Below are positions 39,164-52,935 of a stretch of 64,000 bases of DNA, piece by piece. Origin of the DNA: Octopus sinensis (taxonomy: Eukaryota); contig NC_042999.1 of assembly GCF_006345805.1 (NCBI RefSeq), forward strand, positions 94,116,001 to 94,180,000, given 5' to 3'. The notes under the pieces were generated by a model. It saw nothing but the letters and a program-made list of their open reading frames with translations, had not been told where the DNA came from and did not search any database. The translations under genes were made by a program, and so were the position numbers. Within the stretch, counting starts at the first letter, position 1; the number at the start of each line of letters is the position of its first letter.

Positions 39164-39294
39164 GTCTCTCTCTGTCTCTCTCTCTCTCTATCACCTGCTC
39201 CCTGTCTTCCTCCCTCCCTCCTTCTCTCTCTCTACGATTACAGCAATGGGAGTAATCTCAAATTGGTACATATTAACAGAGAAATATTATATTA

Positions 39295-39683
39295 TTGTCT
39301 TTTCTACTCTAGGCAATAGGCGCAAAATTGTGGGGGAGGGGACCAGTCGATTAGGTTGTCTCCAGTTCGCAACTGGTACTTAATTTATCGATGCCGAAAG
39401 AATGAAACGCAAAGTCGACCGCGGCGGAATTTGAACTCAGAACTTAAACTATTTCATTACTACCCACAAGGGGCTAAACACAGACGGGACAAACAATGAC
39501 AGACAAACGAATTAAGTCGATTATATCGACTCCAGTGCGTAACTGGCACTTATTTAATCGAACCCGAAAGCATGAAAGGCAAAGTCGACCTTGGCAGAAT
39601 TTGAACTCAGAACGTACCGGCAGAGGAAATACCGCTAAGCATTTCGCCCGGCATGCTAACATTTCTGCCAGTTCGCCGCCTTG
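39295..39683 (-). mobile_element. SINE family B, dimeric form
   Basis: Reverse complement of the 10307-10703 structure, with two core copies. Confidence 0.9.
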
Positions 39684-40949
39684 AATAATATTACTTAGAA
39701 CAGGAAAGCTAAACTACTTAATACTAGACAGAAGTTACCCTCAACTCAATCAGAGTAAAAACAACATATGATTTTGAAAAATACAATAATAAAAAATTAT
39801 TCTACGTAAAAATCATTATACATACATATGCATGCATACATGAATACATGCATTAATATATACATGTATATATACACACATACATACGTTCTTGCGTGTT
39901 TTTATGTTCTAAGTTCCGATTCCAGCGAGGTTAACTTTGTCTCTCGTCACTTTGCAATCGATAGAGTACCAATCAATTATTGGTCTGGATGTAATCAACC
40001 TACCCCTTTTCCTATGAAATATCGGTCTTTTCTTGGTCTTTACATTTAAATGTAGATCCACCCTGATGCTATGAAATATTCCAAGAAGATATATGAAACG
40101 AGAGAAAGACAAAAAACTACTGGTACGAATTACACGCACAATTAATCTGTTTAACTACGAAACCGCTTCAGTTTGATTTATCTTTCTTAGGAAAACATAG
40201 ATATTCCTCATAAAAAAATCTGTCATTAGAGAGATGGAAAATAATGTTTACAAACAACTGGCGTTATTGCAAATAAACTATTCGACAAAGATGAATGTGT
40301 TACACTGTCTGCTTCAGAACCATAGACGGATGTATCATATAGTCTTCCTTGAAAGTATAGATTTAAAAAGTTTTTTCGGTCCCTCTAAGATCCTGTTGTA
40401 CAATAGCATATTCTTAAGAGATTAGCGAAAAAGCCAACCTTTCTCATGATGAAAGATTCTGAAGAGCACAGGGAATCATGATATTAATTACTGAATACTT
40501 CATACTTTCTGATACACAACTCTCATATAACACCTTGGAGAAATCTGCAATGTACGTGCTAATAAATTATTGAAATAATACTTATTAAGGGGAAAATAAA
40601 TCTTGGTGAAAGCATTAAAAGTTTATTATAATATATTTTAACGGGAATAATAATTTGATACTACGCAGTTACCTCTTGAGCAAAATATCACAATATTCTA
40701 CGATGTGTTTTCACTCCAAGATCTAGACAGAAAGCTAGATCAGGGCGCCGAACGAATACGTCGCTATCGTACAAAACATTTCCTAGCAAACCAATATAAT
40801 TCACATTTCTACCTCCAATCGACAGATATTATATCTCCAAGTGAGAAAGAAAAACATTATTGTTAAAGAAAGCCACTTTGCGATAAAATCTTTATCATTC
40901 TAGTTACGATCGGCAACGAAAAGATATTTCTACGAGTATGGATCGTGCT

Positions 40950-42150
40950 AAACACCGATTGGAATAAAACAAAGGTAAGGAAAAAAGCAAAATTGTTCCC
41001 GGAACATTCCCTTTAAACTACATAGGGGAAAGGTATCTGGAAGAGTCCTAACAATTGGATAATAGTAGAAGAAAGCGAGCTAACATAGGAAACCAATGTG
41101 TATATTCAAGCGAACTATGAAAGGATAGGCTGGCATACGAAACTGGTTTACTATAGCTCGGATAAACTATATAGCCACGATCTAAACAACCGAGCTGGCA
41201 GAAAAGCTATAGGTATATTACTTACCTACGCATTATGCAGAAACTTTACACTAGCAGTCTCAGCCAATTCCTGCAGGATCATATGAGTCCCAGAATATAG
41301 TGAATGATAAGCAGGAAGGTGGAAAGAAAGGAGTGAGGTATTTTTCCGAACAACTTTTTGCGAACAAAAGGATCTATCCGATGAGATCCCTTCTGTCATA
41401 TTGGGACAGTATGGATTCATTACAGAAAAGCATTAGTATTTAACCCCCCACCCTTATAGTTGCAAACGTCTTTGGAGTGAACGTTCCCATATTTGTTGCC
41501 ATTGAAAAATATTTGCCGCTATAGCGAAATGCTTCACAATTACACCTGAGAGTAAAATCATAATCTCACTTCATATAAAAATTTCAAAGACAATATTAAA
41601 GGGACATAGTTTTTCGTGTAATCATATATATCTGGCATACAAATTTCCACTGGCTGTATGCCAGGAACAGCATCTGCTAAAGATTGCAATGTAAATAATA
41701 TTGTCTTCATGGAGGACATGATCATCTATGCTAAAATGTGTACAGCATCAGAATATAGGTGTATTTACTAACACTTACGGCAGAGAAAGGAATGGAAATT
41801 GATCAAAAGAAAGGTTCGTATTTATTGAACGTGCAAAATTAGTTGTCAAAACCCATACATCAGTAGCCTGTCAATCTATCCAGTTCCACCCAAGGAATGT
41901 TACAAATACTTAGGCATTCATGAAAATATATTGTACGAAGGACCTATGAAAGTAGTGTAACCAGAGAATATTACGACGGACCAGAGAAATGTTACAGTTA
42001 TATCTCCTTACTACAAAGTAGTATTTCACATGGCATTTTCAGTATCAGCGATGGTACCAATATCTGGAATATCTGGCCGATTAGTTTAGGAAATATGCTC
42101 CAAATCCAGTAAGACACAGAAGATACACTCATCGACTGGAATATTGCGCA
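40950..42150 (+). mobile_element. Ancient R4/Dong-clade RT relic
   Basis: Ordered remnants NYERI, KQEGGKKGVR..EQLFANKRI, VFMEDMIIYAK and YKYLGIHEN, corresponding to the NYRPI, EQKG, YMDDLKLY and YKYLG motifs. Confidence 0.55.
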
Positions 42151-42339
42151 GAAATAATACTAACAGAAGTCCACGAGAGTTCGCTGAAATGTTCATACCC
42201 TGAATAGGAAGAAGTGATGCTAAGACTGAAATCTTACATGCATTACTTTCACAACTTCTTATTTAGAACTGCAGCTTTTCTTTCCAGGTAGATTAATAAC
42301 CGATTGTTCAAAGATTTCAAAAATAAATAGTAGCAACAT

Positions 42340-43290
42340 CTCTTCAAAATGCACAAAATTCGGCATCGTGGTCTTATCAAGTTCCTGCAGGAAAAAGGGT
42401 TTTGCCACATTAACATTCATGCTGACAAGAATGCTGCTCTAGGGGTTGACATTCCAGCTTTTCCAACAGTGCAAAAACGTGCAGCTGACTTCAGACGGAG
42501 TAGCAAGAATCTTGAGGATGACACAAGGTCTGAAGGTCCCGCAATTGCCACCACCTAGCAAAACACTGATCGTGTTACCATTTGCTGATGGATTACAGAC
42601 ATTTGCCTGTGAATGAAATAGCCAATCCCATTAATATATCTCGTGACAGAGTTCATATTATTTTGCAAAATGAACTTTCTATGACAAAGATTTCTGCTAG
42701 GTGGATGTTATGTCTCTTGACACCTAATCAAAACCGCACCAGTCTGATCACATCGCTGGGATATTTGCCATTGTTTGAGGCATATCTGGTTGGTATTCTT
42801 GAATGTTTCATAGTCCAGGAAAAGAGTTGAATTCATCACTTGGAACCAGAAACAAAATACAATCCAAGCAACTGCTCCAAAGAAAGACAAGGTTGTTTTA
42901 CTTGCAGGGATGGTGACGGCTAACTTTCTGAGATATTTACAGAAGGATATCAATATGAAACACTCAGGAAAACTAACGAACGGGATTTTATTTCATTAGG
43001 ACAATACACCACCACACACGTTCTTGATGTCATTGGTTGCTTTGGATGGCTGTGACTTTGAAATGATTGACCACCATCCCAATCACCTTCATTTGGCCCA
43101 ATCTGACTATCATCTATTCCCCAACACGGAAAGAACACTTGACTGGGAACCCGTATTACAGTGATGATGGCGTCAAATATGTTGTTGATGACTTTTCGAC
43201 CAATAGAATGAAAGCTTCTTCACCAATTGGATTCAAGCATTGCAACACAAATGGAAACAATTGCGTGATCCGCAAGCGAGACTAAGTGTT
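42340..43290 (+). mobile_element. Degenerate mariner transposase
   Basis: MHKIRHRGLIKFLQ..., INISRDRVHIILQNELSMTKISARWM (WVP-like) and a SPDLAP-SDYHLF-like tail; multiple stops. Confidence 0.8.
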
Positions 43291-43520
43291 AATCTAGAAA
43301 ACCTAAGTTTTGCATTAAAAAATCGTCAAGTTAATACACAAATTACAGTCGTTTTGAGAAATTTTGTTTAAATGTTAGACAACTCAGCACCGTCCATTGG
43401 ATGGGGGGCGTTTTGCTCGTATGCATATATATATACATATATATATATGTATACGTGTGTGCATGTGTATTATATGTATGTAACACGCACGAACACACAT
43501 ACATACGCATGTATATATAT

Positions 43521-43659
<139 letters not shown>

Positions 43660-45703
43660 TCGAAGATACTGGAGTGAGAGTAAATTTTGAAATCCATATT
43701 CTTTACAAAATTTGTAGCGACAGAAATGGATGGCCTTGCTTAAAATTATGATTGAAATGTTAATTCGCTGTTAAGTTTCCCTGCACTTCATCGTTCTCAT
43801 CGAGATTTTTGTGATGCATTTCTTATTAATTTCCAGCTCATAATGTAAGCATGTCATTTTATAACTGAAAGACTTGTTGTTTAAAATGATATATGGTACC
43901 GTCAGTGACACCCGAGGTATGAAACACAAAATAAGCATATATGCATTACTCATATTGAAAATGTATGGAGAGTTCATTCTTTAAATTATATGTTTCACTG
44001 AGTTATCATGCCTGATAATCTGCTTGCATCTTTGACTCAACATCAAATGCGGTATCCTTACGATAGTAACAGGACATTCATTTTACTCTATAATTTATAG
44101 ATATCTAGACTGGCAGAAATAAGTTCAGCTATTTTACACTGGATGTCATAGGACAGGAAAATGAGATTTGATAAAGCTTTTGTGCATATAAAAGAAAAGG
44201 AAAAAAATGCTATCTACTTTCATGCCATAGAAATTCTGCTCAATTGAGGAAACTGCCGTAAATCAATCAGAAATAGGAAGAATAATGGGTAAAACAGCAA
44301 TTGATTAATTCTACGCTGGCAGATCACAAAATCATGTTTCCCGAAACAGGGTTACAGAAATACATTTTGATACTAACCGGATTTGAACTGGATCCACTTG
44401 TTATTTGGGGTGTGGTTAAGTTAATCATATCTTGCATCCGATTGATGTGGATTATCTTTCAGTCAATATACAGAACATTCCTTCAGACGAAAGTGATTCC
44501 CTTTTATTTATCTAACTTCAGTATATATTAATAGCCGTAGTTGTACGTGTTGCCTTGGTTCTGTAAGACTGATAAAAGTAAAACGAATCGAAATTTGAAC
44601 GAAGAATGTACATAGAAAATAGCTTTATCCTATATCTTTCGGTTTTCTGCCGTTTGTAGAAGGTTGGCAATCGCTGACTAGAAAATACAATAAAGGACAA
44701 CTCACAATTACTCTACATATAATGAAAGCGAGAACAGTTGAATTAATTGGTACATGATAACCACTCAAGATGGCTTTCTTGGGCAATCTTTTGCTAGATA
44801 AAATGTTTTGATGTTTACACTAGCATGTAGAGGTTATATATCTTAGTATAGCATAAAATACTACATAATTTTCAGTAACGAAAGATGTTTTAAAACATTC
44901 TACATTTTGTGTTTTAAATGCAGTTGGCGTTTCTAATGTAATACGAAGCTAATACATTAATTTTGTGGGAGCGTTGAACGTAATACCTAACACTATCTCA
45001 TTCGTGCGTAGCATCTTTGCTATCTTCAATATACACACTTTATGTATATTCATTTCGCCAACTTCTTATTCTAGCGTTTACATTCCTAGGTACAGTTTAA
45101 GTGGTTTCTGAAAGTGATATTCTATCCGGTTCTATAAGCTCATAACGCGGAACGGATTACAAGGCTTCAGTGACGTCGAATTCATTTGCAATGATGTGTG
45201 GGAGAATTTTGTCATAAACACATGGTGTGTCTTTGTGTTAATTTGTGAATGTGGTATAGTGTCAATTTGACAGTCTCTGTTATATTTTGAGGAGACAGAT
45301 ATGTGTGATAGTGATGCCAATGTTTACACTTTAAAAGGTTTTGAAAATGAGGGCGTGTAGTCATTATTCTATTATTTTTCTGAGTAACATCATTATTATG
45401 CTATTACCTGTCTTTAGGTATATCACTACTATGTTGGTGAGGGGAGTTTGAAAAGGTGTCTAGAATCATACTTTCTGATCCTATGAATTTTAGGTGTGTT
45501 TTTGTAATAACTGCTTGGCTTTTAGTTCTTTTCATTTTTATAACTTTCTACTTTTCTAACATGATTAAAATATGTTACGTGATTCAAATATTTCCTTTTA
45601 GGGTTTTCTGTAGTTATCAGGGTTATAAAGTTTTCGGAACATTCATTTTAAAAGCATCAAAGCCCGATGCAAAATGTACTCTACGGTTCACAGCTCAATT
45701 ATG

Positions 45704-45705
<2 letters not shown>

Positions 45706-45778
<73 letters not shown>

Positions 45779-45790
45779 ATACACACACAT
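45706..45790. repeat. (CA)n microsatellite
   Basis: Read directly. Confidence 0.95.
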
Positions 45791-46009
45791 ATATACAGTA
45801 CAGTGCACAAGACTTAGGCCACTTTAAACTATTGTAAATTTCTACTAATTGCCAACTTATAAGTGGATGTTTCACATTGCATCTTTTATGGATGAAACAT
45901 TGGCCCTGTTGGAGTCATCTCCATACATAATCATTATATTTTGTTATAGGGGTTCTGAAAGGTAGTGGAAGCTTCATGACGACCGCCAAAAATGGCCGAC
46001 TGACACACA

Positions 46010-46180
46010 TTCTTTATTTTCTCTTCTTGTTTATTTCTGTGTCCCTTTCTGTGGAATAGCGTAGGCTCGAACCGTTAAAGACCTTTTCACTTCCGGAGTG
46101 TTAAACTAATATATCTGTTTGTTGTCTAAATCACCTCTCTTCGTCTTTTTTTTTGTGAATTCCCCACCCCATGTATATAT
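46010..46180 (+). repeat. Interspersed repeat (pLTR-like), copy 1; second copy at 54510-54680
   Basis: Shared block tgtgtccc.t.ctgt.g.a.agcgtaggctcgaa.c.t.aa...ttc.gag.gtta.actaat...ctgtttgtt...cacct...ttcgtctttt; both copies end at (TA)n. Confidence 0.75.
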
Positions 46181-46189
46181 AAGTGTGTA

Positions 46190-46239
<50 letters not shown>

Positions 46240-48420
46240 CTAATGCTTCAGATTAATTATATAATTATAGATTTATTGTTAAAAAAAGCTGTTATAATGT
46301 CTTTTCGTTTTTTCTTTTACATTGGTTTACATCATCAATAGAATTCTTATCAAGAGAGGGTAAATTTGTATGTCCAAACCACGTGATGTAGTTTATATTA
46401 AATTCCGTTCGATTAAACCAAACGAGCATTGCATCTGTGCCCTAGAGAGCTCAACGTACAGTGTTTTAGCATCTTTTCATCTCGTACGGCGTTTGCAATA
46501 TTTGAGAGGAATGTTTCTTTACATCCATTACCTATCTTTCGATGGGCATGCTAATCCTTGCAATTCTGGCTCCTGATTATTGATATTATATGGACAATTA
46601 ACTTATCCTGCATACATAGCAATTTTCGATGAATGTAGAATAAAATTTAAGAAAAGTTTTACTGCAACTAATTGCTACCTCAGGCGATTTGCGTTACTCC
46701 TAAGGGTTTAGTTGCATAGCATATGCAGAAATGGAGAGTGAGAAATGGAGCTGAAAGCGAATTGCTGTCGATAATAATGGCATATGGGTGAGGGTGAATA
46801 CATCTTGTGTACATTTTCCTTTAACCCAATATATTTAATGTTATACAAAACTACCGGCCAAAAATCTGAGAATTTTACCATATGCGTAGACTATACAGAC
46901 CCTTTATGATTGTATAGTGTTGATCTGTAAAGAAATATGAAATCCAAAACATATAGTTACTCTCACCGTACAATGTAACAAATAACAGATATTACAATAA
47001 ACATACTTCAAATTATGTTGAAATAATGTTAAATGTTTGAAATTCTATCTTCATTTCTTTGAGGATATCTAACAATTTCTGACAGCTTGATCCCCCGAAG
47101 AATTTGTAAGATATGTGATACATGTTTTCTACTACATGTACACACTTTTAACTCCTAATTAGCAAACGAAACGTTTGTAAGAGCGAAAAAATATTACTAA
47201 AAATTAGTGCCAAATTTACTTTTTTACAGTCTGCTGTTTTGGTATGTAATTACTCTTCAGAGACTTGCAATACTCACACACATGATATCTATAAATAGAT
47301 TTAAAATATTCGAATAGGCAAATGTACTTCAAGGTGTTTTAACCTAATATATATCATATACATATAAATATATATGCATATTTGTGTGTGTATAATGAAA
47401 CGCCGAACCATGGTAGTTATCGAAGTACAACTGTGCGTTGTTGCTAAGCAATGTTTGCATTATCTAATCATCATGCACAAACGAATGCATACACACATAC
47501 AGACACACATACAGTGACTGAACTGTTTTGTACCAATGATATGTATCCTGTCTCTTGGCGATGATCAGCATTTCTGTAGACCAGCTACTACAGTAATATT
47601 ACTATTCTCTGGTGGAGTGTACAAAAATCTATGGTTGAATACACCGTTTGATACATTATTTTTTTATTTTACACGTGTGTTTCTTGAATATTCGGACATT
47701 TATTGTAAATTACAAACAAGCTTCTGCAGTGATTGCTGCTTGAAAAGATTTCCAAAACAACACTACGTTAAATTATAATCTCCAGTAAACTACTACAGAT
47801 TCAGTAGAAGATTCAAATGCAATGTGGATGACGTTTGTCTGTTGTGACTCTTTAATCTCCATATCACTTGAGTGACCTGAAAGTAATATGTTAATCACGA
47901 CGATATTGTTATTAAAAGAATACATAGAGGACAGTTAGAATAATGGGTTGCAGCAATTTTATAGATCGACTATTAGTGGCATTTGTCTCAAGATATTTTT
48001 GATTACCAAAGTCCAATCGATTGGTTTCACAGATAAAGAAATATCACTACATCATTCGAACACGAATTTTTAAACTTTTATTCTTTGTTAGAGATTTTGA
48101 AAACAATATCAGCTTCTTTTTTTTCCTACTTGTTCTAAAATACTTTTAATGTTTCAATATTTATTGAAAAATAAATTCAACATAAAAGATTATTTTTCAT
48201 ACAGATTTTAAACGGTTCACAAAAGGTTATTAAATAGAGAATGAGGAGTCATCTTTCTTATTATTGAAAAGTACGTGTAAATTTTATTTTATTCTTTCAA
48301 CATTACTATATCAATGAAAAACACTATGAAACTGCAGTCTTTTAAATGAATTTATACATTTCTAAGCATGCACTTGTCTACACACAAACAGACACAGGCA
48401 CATCCAAACACTTTATGTCG

Positions 48421-48675
<255 letters not shown>

Positions 48676-48729
48676 ACGATCGCTTCTTATATTCTTTGCT
48701 TGATGTTTTAGGCACTGAGTAATTCCTCA

Positions 48730-49192
48730 GTCATCAAGAAATGATTAAGCTCAGTAACAATCTATTAAGCAACAACTACCCCAAAAGCATACTATCCACT
48801 CCAATTATGAAGAAATGAGAGGACGAAACCAATAAACTGTCTTCAGTCTATCTACCTTAAGTTAAAGGCTTCTCCAAAAAGATACAAAAGATATGCGGCC
48901 CATATGACACCAGGACAGTATTCACGAGTAATACAACACTTCGTAAATATCTCCTTCGAGTAAAACTACTAATAGAAGAGAATATGACCAAAATTGCGTG
49001 TACTTCATCCCATGCAGCTGTGGCAGGTTATACAAAGGCGAAACATGCCGCGCCCTCAAAATAAGGTAAAGAAACATCGCAAAGCAGTGACACAAGGAGT
49101 TATTGATAAATCGGGTATAGCTGATCATGTATGGAAAAATAGAGACCATCTCTCCTTGTGGGATGAAGTTAAAATAATAGACAGAGAACACC

Positions 49193-49194
<2 letters not shown>
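48730..49194 (+). mobile_element. Penelope-like element ORF fragment with GIY-YIG endonuclease
   Basis: NCVYFIPCSCGRLYKGETCRALKIR (from 48992), then after a frameshift KHRKAV...KSGIADHVW...WDEVKIIDRE. Confidence 0.88.
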
Positions 49195-49236
<42 letters not shown>

Positions 49237-49250
49237 TAATAATAATAATA

Positions 49251-50511
49251 AGGCAGATACAGAACGACTTTATCTGCCAAGAATAGAGGGAGGCCGTGGA
49301 CTTTTACAACTGGCAATAACAATGAAGATTGCTACAATTGGCCTAGACACCTACCTGAAAAACTCTGAGGACTGGATGTTAAAACCTGTCTGAAAACATG
49401 AAAACAAGAAAGCATCATACTCAGTAACAAAACAGGCAAAAGAATATCTAAGTGAATTCCGAATACAACAAATTTCGGAATTAGAGATAGACATACAAGA
49501 AACAGGCACAGAAAAAGCCAAGCGCATGAAAACCCGTGCTAAATCTGCGGCCTTAGATATTCTGAATGATAAATGGCAAGAAAAACCTCTCTATGGCAAA
49601 TACCCAAAGAGAGCGAATAATGTAGATGTTGACAAAGCCCTGACCCATCAATGGCTAATGGCCTCTGGCTTAAAATCTGAAACAGAGGGGTTTATCATAG
49701 CAGCTCAAGATCAATGCCTGCCAACAAGAAACTACCAGGCCAACGTATTAAAGATCGGCAGCAGTCCAACGTGTCGTGTATGCCAGCAACAAAATGAAAC
49801 CATTGATCATATGATCTCCAAGTGCAGTCTTCTAGCGCCTACAGAGTATCTCAACAGGCATGATAGAACTGCACAATATATTCACTGGGTAATCTGCAAA
49901 AACCTGGATTTGCCCCATGAAAAAAACTGGTGGGAACACAAACCACCCCCAGTGCTTGAAAATAACCACATCTCACTCCTCTGGAACTTCACCATTCAAA
50001 CTGACAGGAAGATAGATGCAAAAAGGCCAGACATCATATTGAAAGACTTCAAACAAAGAACATGCCTCCTTATTGATATGACTGTCCCAATCGATATAAA
50101 CGTATCTGTCAAGACCTACCAAAAACTGAGCAAATATAAAGATCTTAAAATAGGAATCAGCAAAATGTGGGACCTGAAGACTAAAACAATACCTGTTGTC
50201 ATAGGTGCCCTGGGAATGATAGCAAAAGGGGCTGATAGCTACCTAACTCAGATACCAGGAAACCCAAAAATGGCAGAAATTCAAAAGATAGTGCTCATGG
50301 GAACTGCTCATATCCTACGCAAAATACTTTCTATGTTATGTCAAGGTTTAAAACAAATATTTTTTTCGACATCCTCCAGTACAACACAAAAAACAACCAA
50401 ATATATGGCACACTAGGCATAACAACAACGTGAACTTCCAACCTGCTGTCTCTTGAGGTCTCCGGGTGAGACTTGGAGCCAAATTGTACAAATATAAAGC
50501 AAAAGTGAAAA

Positions 50512-50512
<1 letters not shown>
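49251..50512 (+). mobile_element. 5'-truncated R4/Dong-clade LINE (CCHC knuckle and RLE), ORF 49526-50416
   Basis: GLKSETEGFIIAAQDQ, CRVC...ETIDHMISKC, RHD, RPDII...LLID...P, KLSKYKDL; (TAA)n on both sides. Confidence 0.93.
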
Positions 50513-50565
<53 letters not shown>

Positions 50566-50629
50566 TGATGATGATGATGATAATAATAATAATAATAATA
50601 ACAGTAATAATAATAATGATAATGATAAT

Positions 50630-50667
<38 letters not shown>

Positions 50668-50693
50668 CAACAACAATAATAATAATAATAATA

Positions 50694-50754
<61 letters not shown>

Positions 50755-50760
50755 TTATTA
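50513..50760. repeat. (TAA)n array with TGA/CAA variants
   Basis: Read directly. Confidence 0.95.
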
Positions 50761-50763
50761 TTA

Positions 50764-51355
50764 GGTAAATGCCCTGATGCAGTACCAGACAGTGGCTCTA
50801 TGCCCTGATGCAGTACCAGACAGTGGCTCTCATGGCTTCTGATCTTAACTGATTGGAAGTGTTATCATGTACATTGTTTTGTCTTGGTATAAAAGATGGG
50901 CTACAGCAAATATTCTGCTCAATACCACAGATTTGCTTGTCAGTTGTTTGGCCTTAACCAGTTGAGCATGTCCCTTAGAGGCTGACGATATGTGCATCTC
51001 TGATCACGAGCAGAAGTAGTGGGGGAGCATCATGGCCATGTGTTGAGAGGGATTCTTTGGGGTTTGAATAATTCACCTCTGGAAACATAGGTGTTTCGTT
51101 CAACATCCTAAAGCAACCCTTATTCAGGGACCTTTTGAGCAGGATGGGCTACTCAACCTGAAGAAAATTCTAACTGGGCTCCACCTGCAAGGTCATGTGC
51201 TGTTTATCTTGATATGAGATCACCATGTCGCGCACATATGGTTGTGATGCATGTGCCTGGTGTACTTTTATCAGACGGGTAGTCATGATGGGTATATTGG
51301 GCTTCGTATATTTTACCCCAGTGTCACTTTGATGGCATGAACTGCTCTCTCACTC
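50764..51355 (+). mobile_element. Non-coding element of about 590 bp embedded in TAA repeats; probable Dong-associated non-autonomous element
   Basis: No ORF; about 50905-51075 is homologous to the reverse complement of 27870-28030 (5' region of Dong copy 1); 31-bp tandem duplication at its 5' end; ends in (AAT)n. Confidence 0.65.
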
Positions 51356-51387
<32 letters not shown>

Positions 51388-52471
51388 CTACTTCAGAAGG
51401 AAGGAAAACTGATCCAGATAGCGGCGAAACACGAGCAAAACAAAAAACTGTTCTCAGTAGTTAAGGAAGCTGACAAATACAAACAAGAAATCATACCACC
51501 TAATAAACATGAAGAAGAAGAAGAAGATGAAGAAACAACAAAAGCTATAAAATAAATGAAATCCAAACTAAAAATAGAACAGCAAGGAACCATGATAAAA
51601 CGATGGCAAGAAAAGCCCCTTCATGGTAAATACTGGACTAAACTAAACGCAAAAGAAATAGACAAAGAAAAATCCCAGCAATGGTTGAGAAGCTCAGGAC
51701 TCAAAGCAGAAACAGAGGGATTTTTAATTGCAGCACAAGACCATAGCCTCCCCACCAGAAATTACCAAAAACATGTAATGAAAAGAAATATTACAAGTAA
51801 CTGCAGAATATGTGGAGATGGACAAGAAACAATAAATCATATTATCTCTAGCTGCCCAGTCCTGGCTAAGAAGGAATACATACACAGACATGACAGAGTT
51901 GGAACCTACATACATTGGAAGCTATGCCAATATTATGGAATAACAACAGAAAAAAGATGGTATAGGCACACACCAGAAAAGGTCACAGAAAACGAGAAAG
52001 CAACCATACTCTGGGATATGCCGATACACACAGATAGAGAAATTAAGGCCAACAGACCAGATATAGTTGTCAGAGATCATGAAGGAAAAAAATGCTTTCT
52101 AATTGATGTATCAATACCGGCTGATGACAACGTGTCTCTAAAAGAAATGGAGAAACTCTCAAAATACAAAGACCTGGAAATAGAGGTAACTAGAATGTGG
52201 AATCTGAAAACAGAAACAATTCCTATCATAGTAGGTGCATTAGGCATGATAAAAACATATTCAGACGAATACATAACAAAAACACCAGGACTTACAAACA
52301 CATATAACATACAGAAAATTGCACTACTAGGCACTGCACACATCCTACGCAGAACACTTTCCATACAATAACCATCAGAGCATCACAACAAATCACAGCA
52401 CATACCCAAGGCACACAGAGCTGCGCTCGGTAGTGAAGTGAAAGCACGCTATAAAAATAAAACTACTGAAT
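51388..52471 (+). mobile_element. 5'-truncated young R4/Dong-clade LINE, ORF 51556-52371 (CCHC and RLE)
   Basis: GLKAETEGFLIAAQD, CRICGDGQETINHIISSC, RHDRV, RPDIV...LIDVSIP, KLSKYKDL; followed by (TAA)n. Confidence 0.95.
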
Positions 52472-52503
52472 GATAATAATAATAATAATAATAATAATAA
52501 TAG

Positions 52504-52534
<31 letters not shown>

Positions 52535-52541
52535 AATAATG

Positions 52542-52575
<34 letters not shown>

Positions 52576-52582
52576 CAACAAC

Positions 52583-52665
<83 letters not shown>

Positions 52666-52669
52666 TAAA

Positions 52670-52735
<66 letters not shown>

Positions 52736-52748
52736 TATACCAACAACA
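52472..52748. repeat. (TAA)n array
   Basis: Read directly. Confidence 0.95.
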
Positions 52749-52935
52749 ACATCGAAAAATATCTTAGGAATGGGAACCTAGGTTCGAAATTTCCCCAACA
52801 CACCTGATAAAGGCTGGAAGGTATATCAGTTGAAACGTTATGTTAACAACAATCAAGATGAGGACAAATATACCTCGAATGTAGAAATAATGTAAATAAT
52901 GTACATAATCCCTCATCTCTTAAATATAGAACTGT
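52749..52935 (+). mobile_element. Penelope-like pLTR, 3' copy with a decayed hammerhead (52799-52845)
   Basis: cacac-CTGATAA-a-GGCTG-gaaggtatat-CAGTT-GAAAC-GTT-atgtt; the core G8 position is mutated to A. Confidence 0.8.
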
